Counted from the first letter of the stretch, positions 29,651-40,107 are shown. The stretch: 64,000 bases of DNA from Candidatus Latescibacterota bacterium (GCA_965219385.1 CBDCNM010000001.1:918631-982630); one strand, 5' to 3'. Notes: generated from the sequence alone by a model not told the origin. Made by a program: numbers and translations.

Positions 29651-30625
29651 CTAGTTTTCTTTGCATTCCGGATTGACCAGGTTTACAGGATCCCTGCCCT
29701 CGAGTACACGACGGACTTCCCAGGCGGTCCGACGCTGCAGTTCCTCGAGGGACTCGGTGGAATAAAAGGCGGCGTGCGGCGAGTGCAGGGCCTGGTCCAT
29801 TTGCAGGAGCCGATCGCCCGTCTCCGGGGGTTCCTGGCGGCGGACATCCAGGCCCACACCGGCGATTTCTCCCTGCTCCAGAGCCTGGTAGAGCGCGTCC
29901 TCATCGATGAGTCCTCCGCGGGCAGTATTGATCAAGAAAGCAGTAGGTTTCATCCGTTGCAACTCAGCGGTGCTGATCAGGCCCTGGGTCGAAGGCATGA
30001 GGGGAACGTGGAGGCAGATATAGTCAGAGATTTCGAGGAGTTCCTCCATGGACAGGAGCCGGACACCCGCTTCAAGGGCCTTTTCCTCTGTCAGGATAGG
30101 ATCGAAGACGCAAATCTCCATGCCAAAGGCGCTGGCGCGCATGGCGACCTCGCGGCCGATATTGCCAAACCCGAGGAGGCCCAGCTGCTTGCCCTTTAAA
30201 CGGCGGATCGGCATGCCCTCCTTTAGATTCCATACCCCCTCGCGGGTTCTGCGATTGAACAAAGAGGTTTTGCGGGCCAGGGTCAGGATATAGGCCAGGG
30301 TGTGCTCGGCCACCTCATCGACGCAATAAGTCGGGACATAACCTACCGGGATGCCCTCCTGGGTGGCATAGGCCAGGTCGATATTGTCCAGTCCGATACC
30401 ATAGCGGGCAATGACTTTCAAGTCGGGCAGGGCTGCTTCGATGACTCGACGAGTAGTCTGGGCCCAGCAAGTCATGATCCCGCTACAGCCCCGGGCAAGC
30501 TCCACCAGGGTTTCTTCCTCGCCATCCGGGGCGACGACCAGTTCGGCATCTACCTCTTTGAGGATCTTTCTTTCGATTTCCAGATCCGGCCATTGATAGT
30601 CGGTCACGAGTATCTTAAGCGCCAT
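29651..30625 (-). CDS. D-2-hydroxyacid dehydrogenase (CtBP/SerA-like)
   Basis: GIGLDNID, GFGNIG, INTARG, SPHAAF. Confidence 0.9.
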   Translation of the reverse strand: MALKILVTDYQWPDLEIERKILKEVDAELVVAPDGEEETLVELARGCSGIMTCWAQTTRRVIEAALPDLKVIARYGIGLDNIDLAYATQEGIPVGYVPTYCVDEVAEHTLAYILTLARKTSLFNRRTREGVWNLKEGMPIRRLKGKQLGLLGFGNIGREVAMRASAFGMEICVFDPILTEEKALEAGVRLLSMEELLEISDYICLHVPLMPSTQGLISTAELQRMKPTAFLINTARGGLIDEDALYQALEQGEIAGVGLDVRRQEPPETGDRLLQMDQALHSPHAAFYSTESLEELQRRTAWEVRRVLEGRDPVNLVNPECKEN

Positions 30626-30812
30626 GATGTTCTCCCTGTAGGGTTTGCCGCTGGGCCAGGATCAGGCCGGCCGGATGGGACATGGTCCGTACTTGAACAA
30701 TCCTCTCCGGGCCTCCGGCCTGGCAGGTCCGTTCTGTTTCGCACATGGTAGCGATGAACCGAGTCGGTAGAAAATATATACAAACCCGAATTGGCGGAAA
30801 AGGCCATGGAGA

Positions 30813-32195
30813 TCAGACCAGACCAAGCCAGTGCCAATAGAGCAGATTCAAAGGGCAGAGTAGGAAAAGAGAGAGCAGGGAAACACACATCATTACCAGT
30901 ACCAGCTGGGCCATGCTGAAGCGACGGAAGCTGTAAGCCACCATGAACGGGGCGGCCTGGTAGGGCAGGAATACCAGTGAGGTGGCCATGGCCACACTCA
31001 TGGCTACGGGCAAGGTCTCCAGATTATGGGTTCTGCCCAGTTCGAGCATGGTCGGCGTAATCACTCCGGCCACGGCCGCTACATCCATCAGGAAGTCGAA
31101 GGGCACAGCGATGAAGGTGATGGCCAGGTATCCGTCCATCCAATCGTAGTGGTCCAGATGGATGAAACCTGTGACAAAGGAGATAAAGCGGGGATTGAAA
31201 CCGGAGACCTCCAGGGCCGTACCCAGGGAGAACAAAGCGGCGATATAGAACAAAAAAGAAAAGTTGACCTTGCGGATTTCACTAAAGGGAACAGGGCCCC
31301 ATCCCGGCAGGTTGTAGAGCAGGACCAGAGCCAGGGCAACGTAGGCCGGGGCCATCTGGTGAAAAATATCGGTCGACCACAAACCCACTCCGAGGAGGAG
31401 GATGGCCAACACCCGGCGCTGGGTGGAATTAAGGCCTGCCGTCGAACCCAGGAGTGCAGAGGGCCGCAGGGAGTCGTGAGAGAGTCTTCTGCCCAGGAAA
31501 ATCCAGATTACCGCAAAGCACAATCCGGTGCGCAGCAAACCGATGACAGGGAACATCCACTGGAGCCACTCACCCCAGTAGATCACCCTAGCGTCGACCT
31601 GTTCCAGTTGGCCGGCGACAACGAGATTGGGGACCGATCCAGTCAGCACTCCGCAGCCCCCGTAGTAGGTGCTACAAAGCAAGGAGAGCAGGACCGCGGC
31701 GTTGAGGCAGCGGTCATGGCGCCCCCCGAGCCGATCGACGATGGAAATGCCGATGGGCATGAGCAAAAGGACCCGCACCAGCCCCGAGGGCACGAGAAAA
31801 GAGGTGAGCAGTCCTATCAGGTGGAGATTGATGAGCAAACGAACAGGGGTTCTGCCCAGGTATTGCAGGCTGTAGCCGGCCAGGCGGTCTCCCAAACCCG
31901 TCTCGGTAATACCCAGGCTGAGGACCATTCCAGCGAAGAGCAACCATATGGTTTTGCCCGCAAAGGGCGAGAAACTCTCTTGGAAAGAAAGCAGGCCGGA
32001 GGCGGGAAAGAGCAGCAAAATGCAAAGTGAGCTGAGTTCTATCGGGATTGGTTCGAAGGTCCAGAAAAGCACGGCAAATACCACCAGGCCAAGAGCCTGC
32101 TGGACATTGGCTTCGAGTCCTTCGAAAGGAGCCCAGAAACCCAACAGGAGGGCCGCAAATCCCAGGAGAGTAGCGAAGAGTTGTTTGCCTGACAA
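30813..32195 (-). CDS. SLC13/DASS family permease
   Basis: FEPIP, ETGLGDRLA, LTGSVPN, LPYQAAP; hydrophobic. Confidence 0.8.
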   Translation of the reverse strand: MSGKQLFATLLGFAALLLGFWAPFEGLEANVQQALGLVVFAVLFWTFEPIPIELSSLCILLLFPASGLLSFQESFSPFAGKTIWLLFAGMVLSLGITETGLGDRLAGYSLQYLGRTPVRLLINLHLIGLLTSFLVPSGLVRVLLLMPIGISIVDRLGGRHDRCLNAAVLLSLLCSTYYGGCGVLTGSVPNLVVAGQLEQVDARVIYWGEWLQWMFPVIGLLRTGLCFAVIWIFLGRRLSHDSLRPSALLGSTAGLNSTQRRVLAILLLGVGLWSTDIFHQMAPAYVALALVLLYNLPGWGPVPFSEIRKVNFSFLFYIAALFSLGTALEVSGFNPRFISFVTGFIHLDHYDWMDGYLAITFIAVPFDFLMDVAAVAGVITPTMLELGRTHNLETLPVAMSVAMATSLVFLPYQAAPFMVAYSFRRFSMAQLVLVMMCVSLLSLFLLCPLNLLYWHWLGLV

Positions 32196-32301
32196 GCCGG
32201 GTTGGACTTAATTCTTATAGGGTGAAGGGATAAGCTTGAAAGAGCATAAATTGCCGAAACCCCTCCTGTCAAGCCCGTTTTTGCAGAAGCTTGGTAAACT
32301 C

Positions 32302-33858
32302 ATGGACAAATCCGAACTTGCAGCCAGGGTTGAACTGCTCAGGCCAGTAGGTTTGCGCCTGGAAGTGCCGCTGGAGGGTCCCTATACCCGGCTTCTGAGG
32401 CGCCCGACTCCCGAAGTGGCGGCCCTGGCCCAGGGGAGAACCATTGCCATTGTGCGGGCGACGAGGGTGTGCCAGGCCATTCCCCTGTACCCGGCAGCTG
32501 TATCGTGTTATTATACCCGCAAGGGCCAGGCCAGAAGGTTATCCCCGGAAGATTTCCAGGATCCGGATTGGGCCCGCCCGTTCCTGGCTGTCAAAGAAGA
32601 CGCCGAATGGGTCAATCTGCACTACTTGCTGGTCCCGGTCGGCCATGTCCGCTTGCCGTCCGAAAAGTGGGTAAGTGGCCTGACCGCTCGCCTTACCCCC
32701 TGGTGTGATAAGACCGTGGAAGATTGGCGCCGACAGGTCCACCGTAGTATATGGTTGAGCGCAGTGCGGTTGTATAGATTCGATACAATCGCCTTGAAGT
32801 CCATGCCACCAAGCAAGCTACAAACCCGGATCGAACCCATCCGACCCTGTGGTTTACAGCCTGTGCTTGATGATGAGAGCTTTGAAATGAGCTTGAACAG
32901 GATAGTAGAGGAGCTGGAACACTGCCGAAAGCAACGGCCTTCCGCGTACAGCGGCACAGTGGAAAGCCCGACTCAAAAGGTCATGGGCCACCCCCATGGG
33001 GAAGTGCAGCCACCCTATACCCTGGAAGATTTCGTCGTGGACACTGGATTCGGGGTCCAACAACTACAGGAGTGGGAACAGCGCCTGGCGCGGAAAAAGC
33101 AGGTCATTCTATTCGGCCCCCCGGGGACCGGCAAGACCTATATTGCCGAGCGCCTGGCGCGCCGGCTCACCGCCGAAAACAGGGGGTGCTGGGAATTGGT
33201 TCAGTTTCATCCATCCTATGCCTACGAGGACTTTATCCAGGGAATCCGGCCAATCACCAAAGCGGGCCAGGTGGTCTACGAACGGACCGAAGGGCGGTTC
33301 CTCGAATTGTGTCACCGGGCTCAAGAGGTGGGCCCGGACAGCCCGTGCGTGTTGATCATTGACGAAATCAACAGGGCCCATCTTGCCAGGGTCCTGGGCG
33401 AATTGATGTACCTGCTGGAATACCGCGACCGATCCATTCCGCTTGCCGGCGGGGGAGCTCCCTTCCTGATTCCCTCTAATGTCTACCTCATCGGCACCAT
33501 GAACACCGCCGACCGCTCGATTGCCTTGGTCGATCAGGCCCTGCGGCGGCGCTTTGCCTTCATTCGCTTGAAACCCGATTGGAAGATACTCGATAAATAT
33601 CTTAAAAAGCAGGGCTATCCATCTGAAAGCCTTATCGAGGTATTGGAGGAAATCAACCGTCTTATCGCCGATCCTGATTGCGAACTCGGGCTATCTTTTT
33701 TTATGCAAGATCCCGAGAATTTGCAGCAGGTTCTGCCGCAGATTTGGAGGGGAGAGATCGAGCCTTATCTGGAAGAGGTATTCTACGATCAACCCGATAA
33801 AATAGCGGCCTTTCGCTGGAGCATCCTGGCGCGAGATCGCCTCCGAGAATGGGCTTGA
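32302..33858 (+). CDS. mcrB: McrB-like AAA+ GTPase with an atypical N-terminal domain
   Basis: GPPGTGKT, QFHPSYAYEDF, IIDEINR, MNTADRS (NxxD), ALRRRF. Confidence 0.9.
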   Translation: MDKSELAARVELLRPVGLRLEVPLEGPYTRLLRRPTPEVAALAQGRTIAIVRATRVCQAIPLYPAAVSCYYTRKGQARRLSPEDFQDPDWARPFLAVKEDAEWVNLHYLLVPVGHVRLPSEKWVSGLTARLTPWCDKTVEDWRRQVHRSIWLSAVRLYRFDTIALKSMPPSKLQTRIEPIRPCGLQPVLDDESFEMSLNRIVEELEHCRKQRPSAYSGTVESPTQKVMGHPHGEVQPPYTLEDFVVDTGFGVQQLQEWEQRLARKKQVILFGPPGTGKTYIAERLARRLTAENRGCWELVQFHPSYAYEDFIQGIRPITKAGQVVYERTEGRFLELCHRAQEVGPDSPCVLIIDEINRAHLARVLGELMYLLEYRDRSIPLAGGGAPFLIPSNVYLIGTMNTADRSIALVDQALRRRFAFIRLKPDWKILDKYLKKQGYPSESLIEVLEEINRLIADPDCELGLSFFMQDPENLQQVLPQIWRGEIEPYLEEVFYDQPDKIAAFRWSILARDRLREWA

Positions 33859-33859
33859 T

Positions 33860-35065
33860 ATGCACACCGTAGAACTGGTGGAAGAGGAGGCGACCCAGAT
33901 TCCAGAAAACGCGATGGACAAAAGGGCCGTCCTCAGACTCCACCAAGAATACAATAAGCAGATCCACATCCAGTTTCCCAGCTTGCCGACTCCCGATCAT
34001 TACATCCTGCGCTCCAGAGGTTATATTGGCCAGATCGCAATGGCGGCTGAATGCGTGCTGCACATTCGGCCCAAGGTGGGTTTGCGCAATCTCTTCGGCA
34101 TGGTGGAATACGCCTATCAACTCAGCTCTTTCCAACTTTTTGACCAGGCCACCTCCTGCGGGACCCTGGGAGAGTTCATTGAGCACCTGATTGCCGTACT
34201 GCTAGGAAAAGTAAGGGTACGGGCCCACAGGGGGTTGTTCAGGGACTATGTTGAAAAAGAGGAGGATCTGGCGTATCTGCGTGGACGATTTATTGCCGAT
34301 TTCTCCCAAACCACTACCAGGGCCCACCGATTGGGTCTAAGGTGCAGATTCCAGGAACAAACCACAAATTTGCCCGATAATCAGATCCTGGCCTGGACCC
34401 TCCACTGCTTGCGACGCTTTCCCCTGCAACGCCCGGATTTAAAACACATGATTTATCAGGTTTTCCGTCAGCTGTCAGGGGCGGTAGACCTGAGGTATAT
34501 CCGCCCTGAAGATTGCCTGGACCGTAGCTATCACCGCCTGAATCAGGACTACGAGCCCATGCACGCCCTGTGCCGCTTCTTCCTGGAGCACTCAGGACCA
34601 TCATTGGCGATGGGAGACCGAAAATTCATGGCTTTTCTGGTGTACATGCCGGCTCTCTTCGAGTCTTTTATCGCCGAGTGGCTCAGGGCTCATCTGGGGG
34701 GGGCATTGGCCCTGAGTTCCCAGTACCGAGTTCCGCTGGATGGGAGCGAAAGGCTGGAATTTCGAATTGACCTGGTGCTGAACGAGGCTTCGAGCGGCAA
34801 GGTTCTGGCCGTGATGGATACAAAGTACAAGCGGGTGGAGGTGCCGGACGAGGCTGATATTCAACAGGTTGTGGCCTATGCCGTGCGCATGGGAACCTCC
34901 AGGGCCATTTTGATTTACCCCTCCACTTTTACCCGAATGCTTACCCTGCAAGTTGGAAATGTCAGGGTCCAGACCCTCGTATTTGATCTCGATGGGGATT
35001 TGAATGAATCGGGGGAATTATTTAAAAAACAGCTTCTGCAAGGTATAGATCAAGAAGATAAATGA
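33860..35065 (+). CDS. mcrC: McrC-like PD-(D/E)xK endonuclease
   Basis: IRPKV, YHRLNQDY, MPALFE, RIDLV...MDTKYK, DIQQVVAY; 1 bp after mcrB. Confidence 0.9.
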   Translation: MHTVELVEEEATQIPENAMDKRAVLRLHQEYNKQIHIQFPSLPTPDHYILRSRGYIGQIAMAAECVLHIRPKVGLRNLFGMVEYAYQLSSFQLFDQATSCGTLGEFIEHLIAVLLGKVRVRAHRGLFRDYVEKEEDLAYLRGRFIADFSQTTTRAHRLGLRCRFQEQTTNLPDNQILAWTLHCLRRFPLQRPDLKHMIYQVFRQLSGAVDLRYIRPEDCLDRSYHRLNQDYEPMHALCRFFLEHSGPSLAMGDRKFMAFLVYMPALFESFIAEWLRAHLGGALALSSQYRVPLDGSERLEFRIDLVLNEASSGKVLAVMDTKYKRVEVPDEADIQQVVAYAVRMGTSRAILIYPSTFTRMLTLQVGNVRVQTLVFDLDGDLNESGELFKKQLLQGIDQEDK

Positions 35066-35089
35066 CGTATAAAGTAAGTTATGTAAACA
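35062..35089 (+). other. dif-like (XerC/D-type) site 1
   Basis: ATGACGTATAA-AGTAAG-TTATGTAAACA. Confidence 0.6.
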
Positions 35090-35096
35090 AAAAATT

Positions 35097-36356
35097 CTAC
35101 CTAACCAAGAACAAACTCAATTCAGGTACATAAGTAACAAGGAACAATATGGCCAGAAGGATGAGCAAGAAAGGTAAAGAGGCCCAGTAGAGCTTGAGCA
35201 CCGGCTTTTCAAAACGGATACTGGCGATGAACAGGTTGAGTCCTACCGGAGGAGTGGAGTAGCCGATTTCAAGATTGGTCAAGAAAATGATCCCCAGGTG
35301 GATAGGGTGAATATCATAGGCCAGGGCAATGGGCAGGATGAGAGGAACCACCACCAGGAGGGCCGAAAACATGTCGATCATGCAACCCACGGCCAGGAGA
35401 AAGAGGTTGAGCAGGATCAGAAATACCACCCGGTTGCTGATATGCTGCTCGATAAAGCCGAGGAGCTGGTTGGGAATCTCGGCATCGATCATGTAGTTGG
35501 TATAGGCCAGGGCCGCGGCCATAACCACGATGATGCCACCCACCAGAACCATGGTTTCGCGGATGATGCCAGGGAGTTGCCTCCAACGAATTTCGCGGTG
35601 GATCGCCATCTCCACCACCAGAATATAGAGGGCGCTGAGAGCAGCGGCTTCGCTCACGGCGATGGTACCGCTGAAAATACCCCCCATGACGACAAAGGGA
35701 AGCAACAGCTCCCACATGCTTTCCCGCATTATCGCCAACAGGTCGACTGGTTTTACCGGGATGTCCGGGGCGTGTTTGCTGCCTTTGTAGAAACTGTAAA
35801 GAGAGAGAGCCCCTACCATGACCAGTCCGGGAATAATGCCGGCTAGAAAGAGCTGGTCGATCGGGGTTTCAGCAACGGTCCCCGCAACGATGCCGTAAAT
35901 GATCAAAGGGATGCTGGGAGGAAAGAGCAAGCCTAGACTTCCCGAAGTCGTAATCAGCCCCAGGGTGAAGTTTTCCGGGTAGCCATTCTTGCGTAGGGCG
36001 GGATATAAAAGCCCTCCAAGAGCAACGATGGTCATCCCAGATGCCCCGGTAAAGGCGGTGAACAGGGCACAGACCACAATAGCCATGATGGCCAGCCCAC
36101 CAGGGAGCCAGCCCAGAAGAGCTTGGGAGAGTTTGACCAGGCGGCTGGCGGCATTGCTTTCGGCCAGTAAAAAACCGGTAAAGGCAAATAGGGGAATAGC
36201 GGTGAGGGTAGGGGTTTCGGCGATTCGGTACATCTCTATGAAAATCACCGTGAGATCGATATCGCTGCGGTAGAAATTGAGCAGGGACAGAGCCGCAATA
36301 ATGACAAAGAGGGGGGTGCCGACCAAGGCGAGCAAGGACAAGAAAAAGGTGCTCAT
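35097..36356 (-). CDS. dctM: TRAP transporter large permease DctM
   Basis: AIPLF, LFPPSIP, EIGYSTPPVGLNLF. Confidence 0.92.
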   Translation of the reverse strand: MSTFFLSLLALVGTPLFVIIAALSLLNFYRSDIDLTVIFIEMYRIAETPTLTAIPLFAFTGFLLAESNAASRLVKLSQALLGWLPGGLAIMAIVVCALFTAFTGASGMTIVALGGLLYPALRKNGYPENFTLGLITTSGSLGLLFPPSIPLIIYGIVAGTVAETPIDQLFLAGIIPGLVMVGALSLYSFYKGSKHAPDIPVKPVDLLAIMRESMWELLLPFVVMGGIFSGTIAVSEAAALSALYILVVEMAIHREIRWRQLPGIIRETMVLVGGIIVVMAAALAYTNYMIDAEIPNQLLGFIEQHISNRVVFLILLNLFLLAVGCMIDMFSALLVVVPLILPIALAYDIHPIHLGIIFLTNLEIGYSTPPVGLNLFIASIRFEKPVLKLYWASLPFLLILLAILFLVTYVPELSLFLVR

Positions 36357-36853
36357 GGGCCCCCTCTCCGGCGAAAATTGCCGCGGTTACGCACGACCTG
36401 GAAGAGGAATTTCAGGCCCATCAGGCTGAAACTGATAGGAAAGATCAGCTGTAGTTTCCAGGTGGGAATTTCCCCCAATGCGTGGGTTAAATGCTCTTTC
36501 TCATCCCCTATAAATTGCAGGGAAATCCAGGTTAGGAGGCCACACACAAGGGCTGAAAAGATTCCGCTTAACCCTTCCAGTAAAGCGCGGTTTCGAGGGG
36601 GAAAAAAACGGAGGAGGGCATCTATTTTGATGTGTTTGCACTTGTGGGTGGCAATGGAGGCCCCGAGAAAACTGGTCCATAAGACGAGGTGGCGGACCAG
36701 GGGATCGCCCCATAGCAAGGTAAGAGAAAAAAAATTCCGCAGGATGATCTGGGCGAAGGCCAGCAGAATCATGGCGCCCACCAAAAGGACCAGGGTTGCT
36801 TCTTCCAGGTGCTTGAAAAAGCGACAGAGGGAATAGCGTTCCTCAGGAGCCAT
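36353..36853 (-). CDS. dctQ: TRAP transporter small permease DctQ
   Basis: QIILRN, LWTSFLGA, HIKID; 4 TM segments. Confidence 0.88.
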   Translation of the reverse strand: MAPEERYSLCRFFKHLEEATLVLLVGAMILLAFAQIILRNFFSLTLLWGDPLVRHLVLWTSFLGASIATHKCKHIKIDALLRFFPPRNRALLEGLSGIFSALVCGLLTWISLQFIGDEKEHLTHALGEIPTWKLQLIFPISFSLMGLKFLFQVVRNRGNFRRRGGP

Positions 36854-37856
36854 CGGTGGCGGTTTGCCGCTGGCGAAAAGCATCGAGGTGAAGATGGACC
36901 AAGTCAAAGGCCTCCTGGGAGAAAGCCTTGCCCACCAGTTCGGGAATGGATTCTCGCACCAGTTCCCTGAAGCTTTGAATTTCTTCCTGCGGAGGGATTA
37001 CCAGTTCCACGCCCTGGTCTTGCATGATTTGAAAGGCTTCCCGATTGTCCTGGCGGCTCTGGAGCACCTGCTGACGCACGCGCCTTCTGGAAACCTCGCG
37101 CAGGATGGTTTGCTGCTCTGAGGATAGCCGGTCAAATTTCCGCTTGGCAACAAGTAGGACGCCAAGGGTGTAGTTGATGGGCAGTTGGGTGATGTATTTT
37201 ACGCGGGTAAACCATTGCATAACTATTGCGGCAGAGGGAGGGGCGTAAACCACTTCGACAAGGTTGGTCTGTAGCCCCAGCAATACATCGGGAATAATGA
37301 GGGGGACCGAGGTTACCTCCGCTTTGCGAAAGAGAACCTCGGTGATAGGCTCTCCTTCGAGGCGCCAAACCTTAAGTCCTTTAATAGCGTCGCGGCTGTA
37401 CACCGGACTTTTGGAGAGGATGTGGACAAAACCTATATCGGTCCACCCCAACAAGATAAATCCATTCTCCTCGTAGCCTTTCTGGTAATAGGCATCCATC
37501 TGTTCGAGCACGTAGTCGATTTCTTCATAATTGTCAAAGAGAAAAGGCATCTCCAGAGCCAGTAAATCGCGGAAAATATCGCTGGCGCCCTGCCCTCCAA
37601 AGCCGCCGGCGTGTAGCTGGCCCACCCGGATTTTGCGCAACATGACGTCCTCGTCGCCCTGGACGCCCCCTGGATAGATTTTAAAACCCACATTGCCGCC
37701 CGTTTTCTGGCGCACTTCGGTATCAATGGTTCGCAGGAGTGTGATCCAACTACTGCCCTCGGGTGCGAGGGTGGCCAGTTTGATGAGGTGTTTCTGGCCC
37801 ATTGTAGCCCCGGGCAGGAAGAAAAAGAGGATCAGGCCAAAACTAAAAATACGCAT
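36843..37856 (-). CDS. dctP: TRAP substrate-binding protein DctP (TatP type)
   Basis: IKLATLAPEGSSW, YPGGVQGDE. Confidence 0.9.
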   Translation of the reverse strand: MRIFSFGLILFFFLPGATMGQKHLIKLATLAPEGSSWITLLRTIDTEVRQKTGGNVGFKIYPGGVQGDEDVMLRKIRVGQLHAGGFGGQGASDIFRDLLALEMPFLFDNYEEIDYVLEQMDAYYQKGYEENGFILLGWTDIGFVHILSKSPVYSRDAIKGLKVWRLEGEPITEVLFRKAEVTSVPLIIPDVLLGLQTNLVEVVYAPPSAAIVMQWFTRVKYITQLPINYTLGVLLVAKRKFDRLSSEQQTILREVSRRRVRQQVLQSRQDNREAFQIMQDQGVELVIPPQEEIQSFRELVRESIPELVGKAFSQEAFDLVHLHLDAFRQRQTATDGS

Positions 37857-38721
37857 CTGTTTCCTCTAAATATTTAATTGCCATCTTCTGAGCCGTTGCG
37901 TTTTGCAAGGTGAGTGCGGGATTCTGGTCGATGGGCATTTTCAGGACTTTTTGCAGCAGGGATTCGTATAGCTGGCGGTCGAAAATCCGACGTGCATAAA
38001 ATCTGGCCATTTGCACGTAGACCATCAAGGATTGATCCTGGTTGATCTCCAGGGCTTTGTTGAAATGCTCAAGAGATTTTTCGGGATTGCCGCCCAGGGA
38101 TTGGGGCAGAGCTGCATGGTATATACCCAGAAAGACATGCGGGCTGCCGTAGTAGAAGGTCTCATCGGTGGCCAAAACCCATTCCATCAAGAGTATGACC
38201 TTGGGTAGATCGGCGAGAGTGGCCATCGAACCGGTGTTTGCACTGATCCAGGCGCCCCAGCTGCTGGCAGCCCAGAATACCAGCGGCACATCACTGGCTT
38301 TGAGGTGGTAGATGAGCTGGCTAAAATCGCTGTAGGGGGCGTTGAGATGGGGACGAATTTTATGGTTTTGGGCCAGGGCTTTGAGGCTATAGGTCTTGGC
38401 CCTGTGGTAAATGCGGCGAGCCCGTTCGGGGTCATCGGCTTCGATCAGACTTCCATAGGCAGTATACAGTTCGGCGGCTTGCAGCAGGCGTTGAGGGTCG
38501 TTGGGACTGCTTTCGAGCAGGCCTTCCACAAGCAAAAGAAAGGTCGGCAGCGCTTGAGTTACCAAGGCAATATCATCGTGTTTGCCGGTGGCAGCGGCCA
38601 CAGCGCTCACCAAGGAACCGGTAGCTGCGTTCTTAAGTCTTGCGGCACAACCAGTAAGACTGCCAGCCAGGGTAAACTGTAGAACCACAAATGCCAGGCT
38701 ACTGAACTTCAGGAAATGCAT
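37843..38721 (-). CDS. TRAP-associated TPR lipoprotein TatT (TPAT system)
   Basis: Lipobox LTGC, helical/TPR-like, LGGNPEKS; directly upstream of dctPQM. Confidence 0.8.
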   Translation of the reverse strand: MHFLKFSSLAFVVLQFTLAGSLTGCAARLKNAATGSLVSAVAAATGKHDDIALVTQALPTFLLLVEGLLESSPNDPQRLLQAAELYTAYGSLIEADDPERARRIYHRAKTYSLKALAQNHKIRPHLNAPYSDFSQLIYHLKASDVPLVFWAASSWGAWISANTGSMATLADLPKVILLMEWVLATDETFYYGSPHVFLGIYHAALPQSLGGNPEKSLEHFNKALEINQDQSLMVYVQMARFYARRIFDRQLYESLLQKVLKMPIDQNPALTLQNATAQKMAIKYLEETDAYF

Positions 38722-38994
38722 AAAAGACTGGAACCAGTGGAGAATGGAAAAGCCGTATGGGAGCGGTAAGTAAATATCTCAACCGGAAAATTGAAAGTCA
38801 AGCAAGGTAAAAGCCCGCCCCCAGGTGAGGCGTGCAGGACCTATATCGAGGTCTTTGACGCCCAGAGTCGGGTGGGGTTCCGCTCAGTCGACCTGCTGGG
38901 TGCTTATTCAATACTGGGGACACTTTTTATAAGTGATTGATTTTCAATAAGTTATGCAATATGGCACTCAAATCCATAACTTGTTGTTTCTACG

Positions 38995-40107
38995 TCACTT
39001 ATGAATTTGAGATCGCTCAAATTGGCCGTTTTGCTCAAAAAGTGTCCGAACCATTGTTATTGAATCCTGCAGACAGGTCCAGGGATCCGTGGCGTCTTCG
39101 CAGGTTTTGATGGTGGCAAGGGTCAGGTCCATGCGCTTGTTTTTCAAACTATAAAGGGTTGCGAAACGATCCAGATTCCGGTGGTAACGCCGATAGGAAA
39201 GCAGCCGAGCATTGTTGACTTTCCAATCGAGAAAACCATCGTAATTGTGGATCGTGAACTCGCTGCGGATGGCTTTGAAATGATCCTGGGCTCGGCGAAA
39301 GACCTCCTGTCGCTTTTTTATTACGGCTTCTCTGGACAACCCCAGCGAGTACAGACTGTCCAGCGATCCGACCACACCTTTCATGAAAGCCCGGAAGCGG
39401 CCCTGGTCTTTTCGGCCCTGAATGGTCTGTTGAATGAGAGGGGCATCTGGGCCATGGGTTGCGGCCAGGAAAGTCAAGGAACCTGTTTGGCCCACAAAGG
39501 TGGCAAGGCTTTCGTTGAAGTCCGCGTGCCCCTTGACATATATAGTCCCGTGGGTAAGTTCGTGCAAAATCAAATCCGCCAGACTCTCCTCGGGGTAGTC
39601 GATCATGGTGCTGAGAACGGGATCGGAAAAAAAGCCCAGCGTGCTGTAGGCCGATACCGGGCGCAGCATCACGTCCAAATTCCGTGCCCGGAGATTATCG
39701 CGTTCCCGCAGGCCCAATTCCCTGGTAAAGAAGCCTTTGTAGGGCACTTTGCCCACGATTGGAAATTCCCACAAATAAGGCTCAAAGCGGTCGGGGGGCG
39801 AAGCGCTGATATTCCAGCTGACGGGATGGCCCTCTGTATCAAAAAAACAGGTGTAATTAGAGGACTCCTCCAGGCCGAAATAGTCTGTGGCGAATTCCTT
39901 TATCTTTTTAATAAAAATAAGTTTATTGAGGATGTGGGGGGACAGATCCGGGTCGGCCAGAAGCCCATCAATAGGCTCGCAGCTCAGGATAATGCGGGCC
40001 TGGCCGCGGAACAGGTGCCAGTAGTAGTTGATCTGGCAGCCGTTCAGCAAAAAGAAAAAGGCCAATCCCAGGAGGAAGCGGCCATAATCAGACCAGCTTC
40101 TCCCCAT
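38995..40107 (-). CDS. Putative aminopeptidase lipoprotein
   Basis: LNGC lipobox, FPIVGKVPYKGFF, AYSTLG, HELTH...FNES zincin motif. Confidence 0.85.
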   Translation of the reverse strand: MGRSWSDYGRFLLGLAFFFLLNGCQINYYWHLFRGQARIILSCEPIDGLLADPDLSPHILNKLIFIKKIKEFATDYFGLEESSNYTCFFDTEGHPVSWNISASPPDRFEPYLWEFPIVGKVPYKGFFTRELGLRERDNLRARNLDVMLRPVSAYSTLGFFSDPVLSTMIDYPEESLADLILHELTHGTIYVKGHADFNESLATFVGQTGSLTFLAATHGPDAPLIQQTIQGRKDQGRFRAFMKGVVGSLDSLYSLGLSREAVIKKRQEVFRRAQDHFKAIRSEFTIHNYDGFLDWKVNNARLLSYRRYHRNLDRFATLYSLKNKRMDLTLATIKTCEDATDPWTCLQDSITMVRTLFEQNGQFERSQIHK

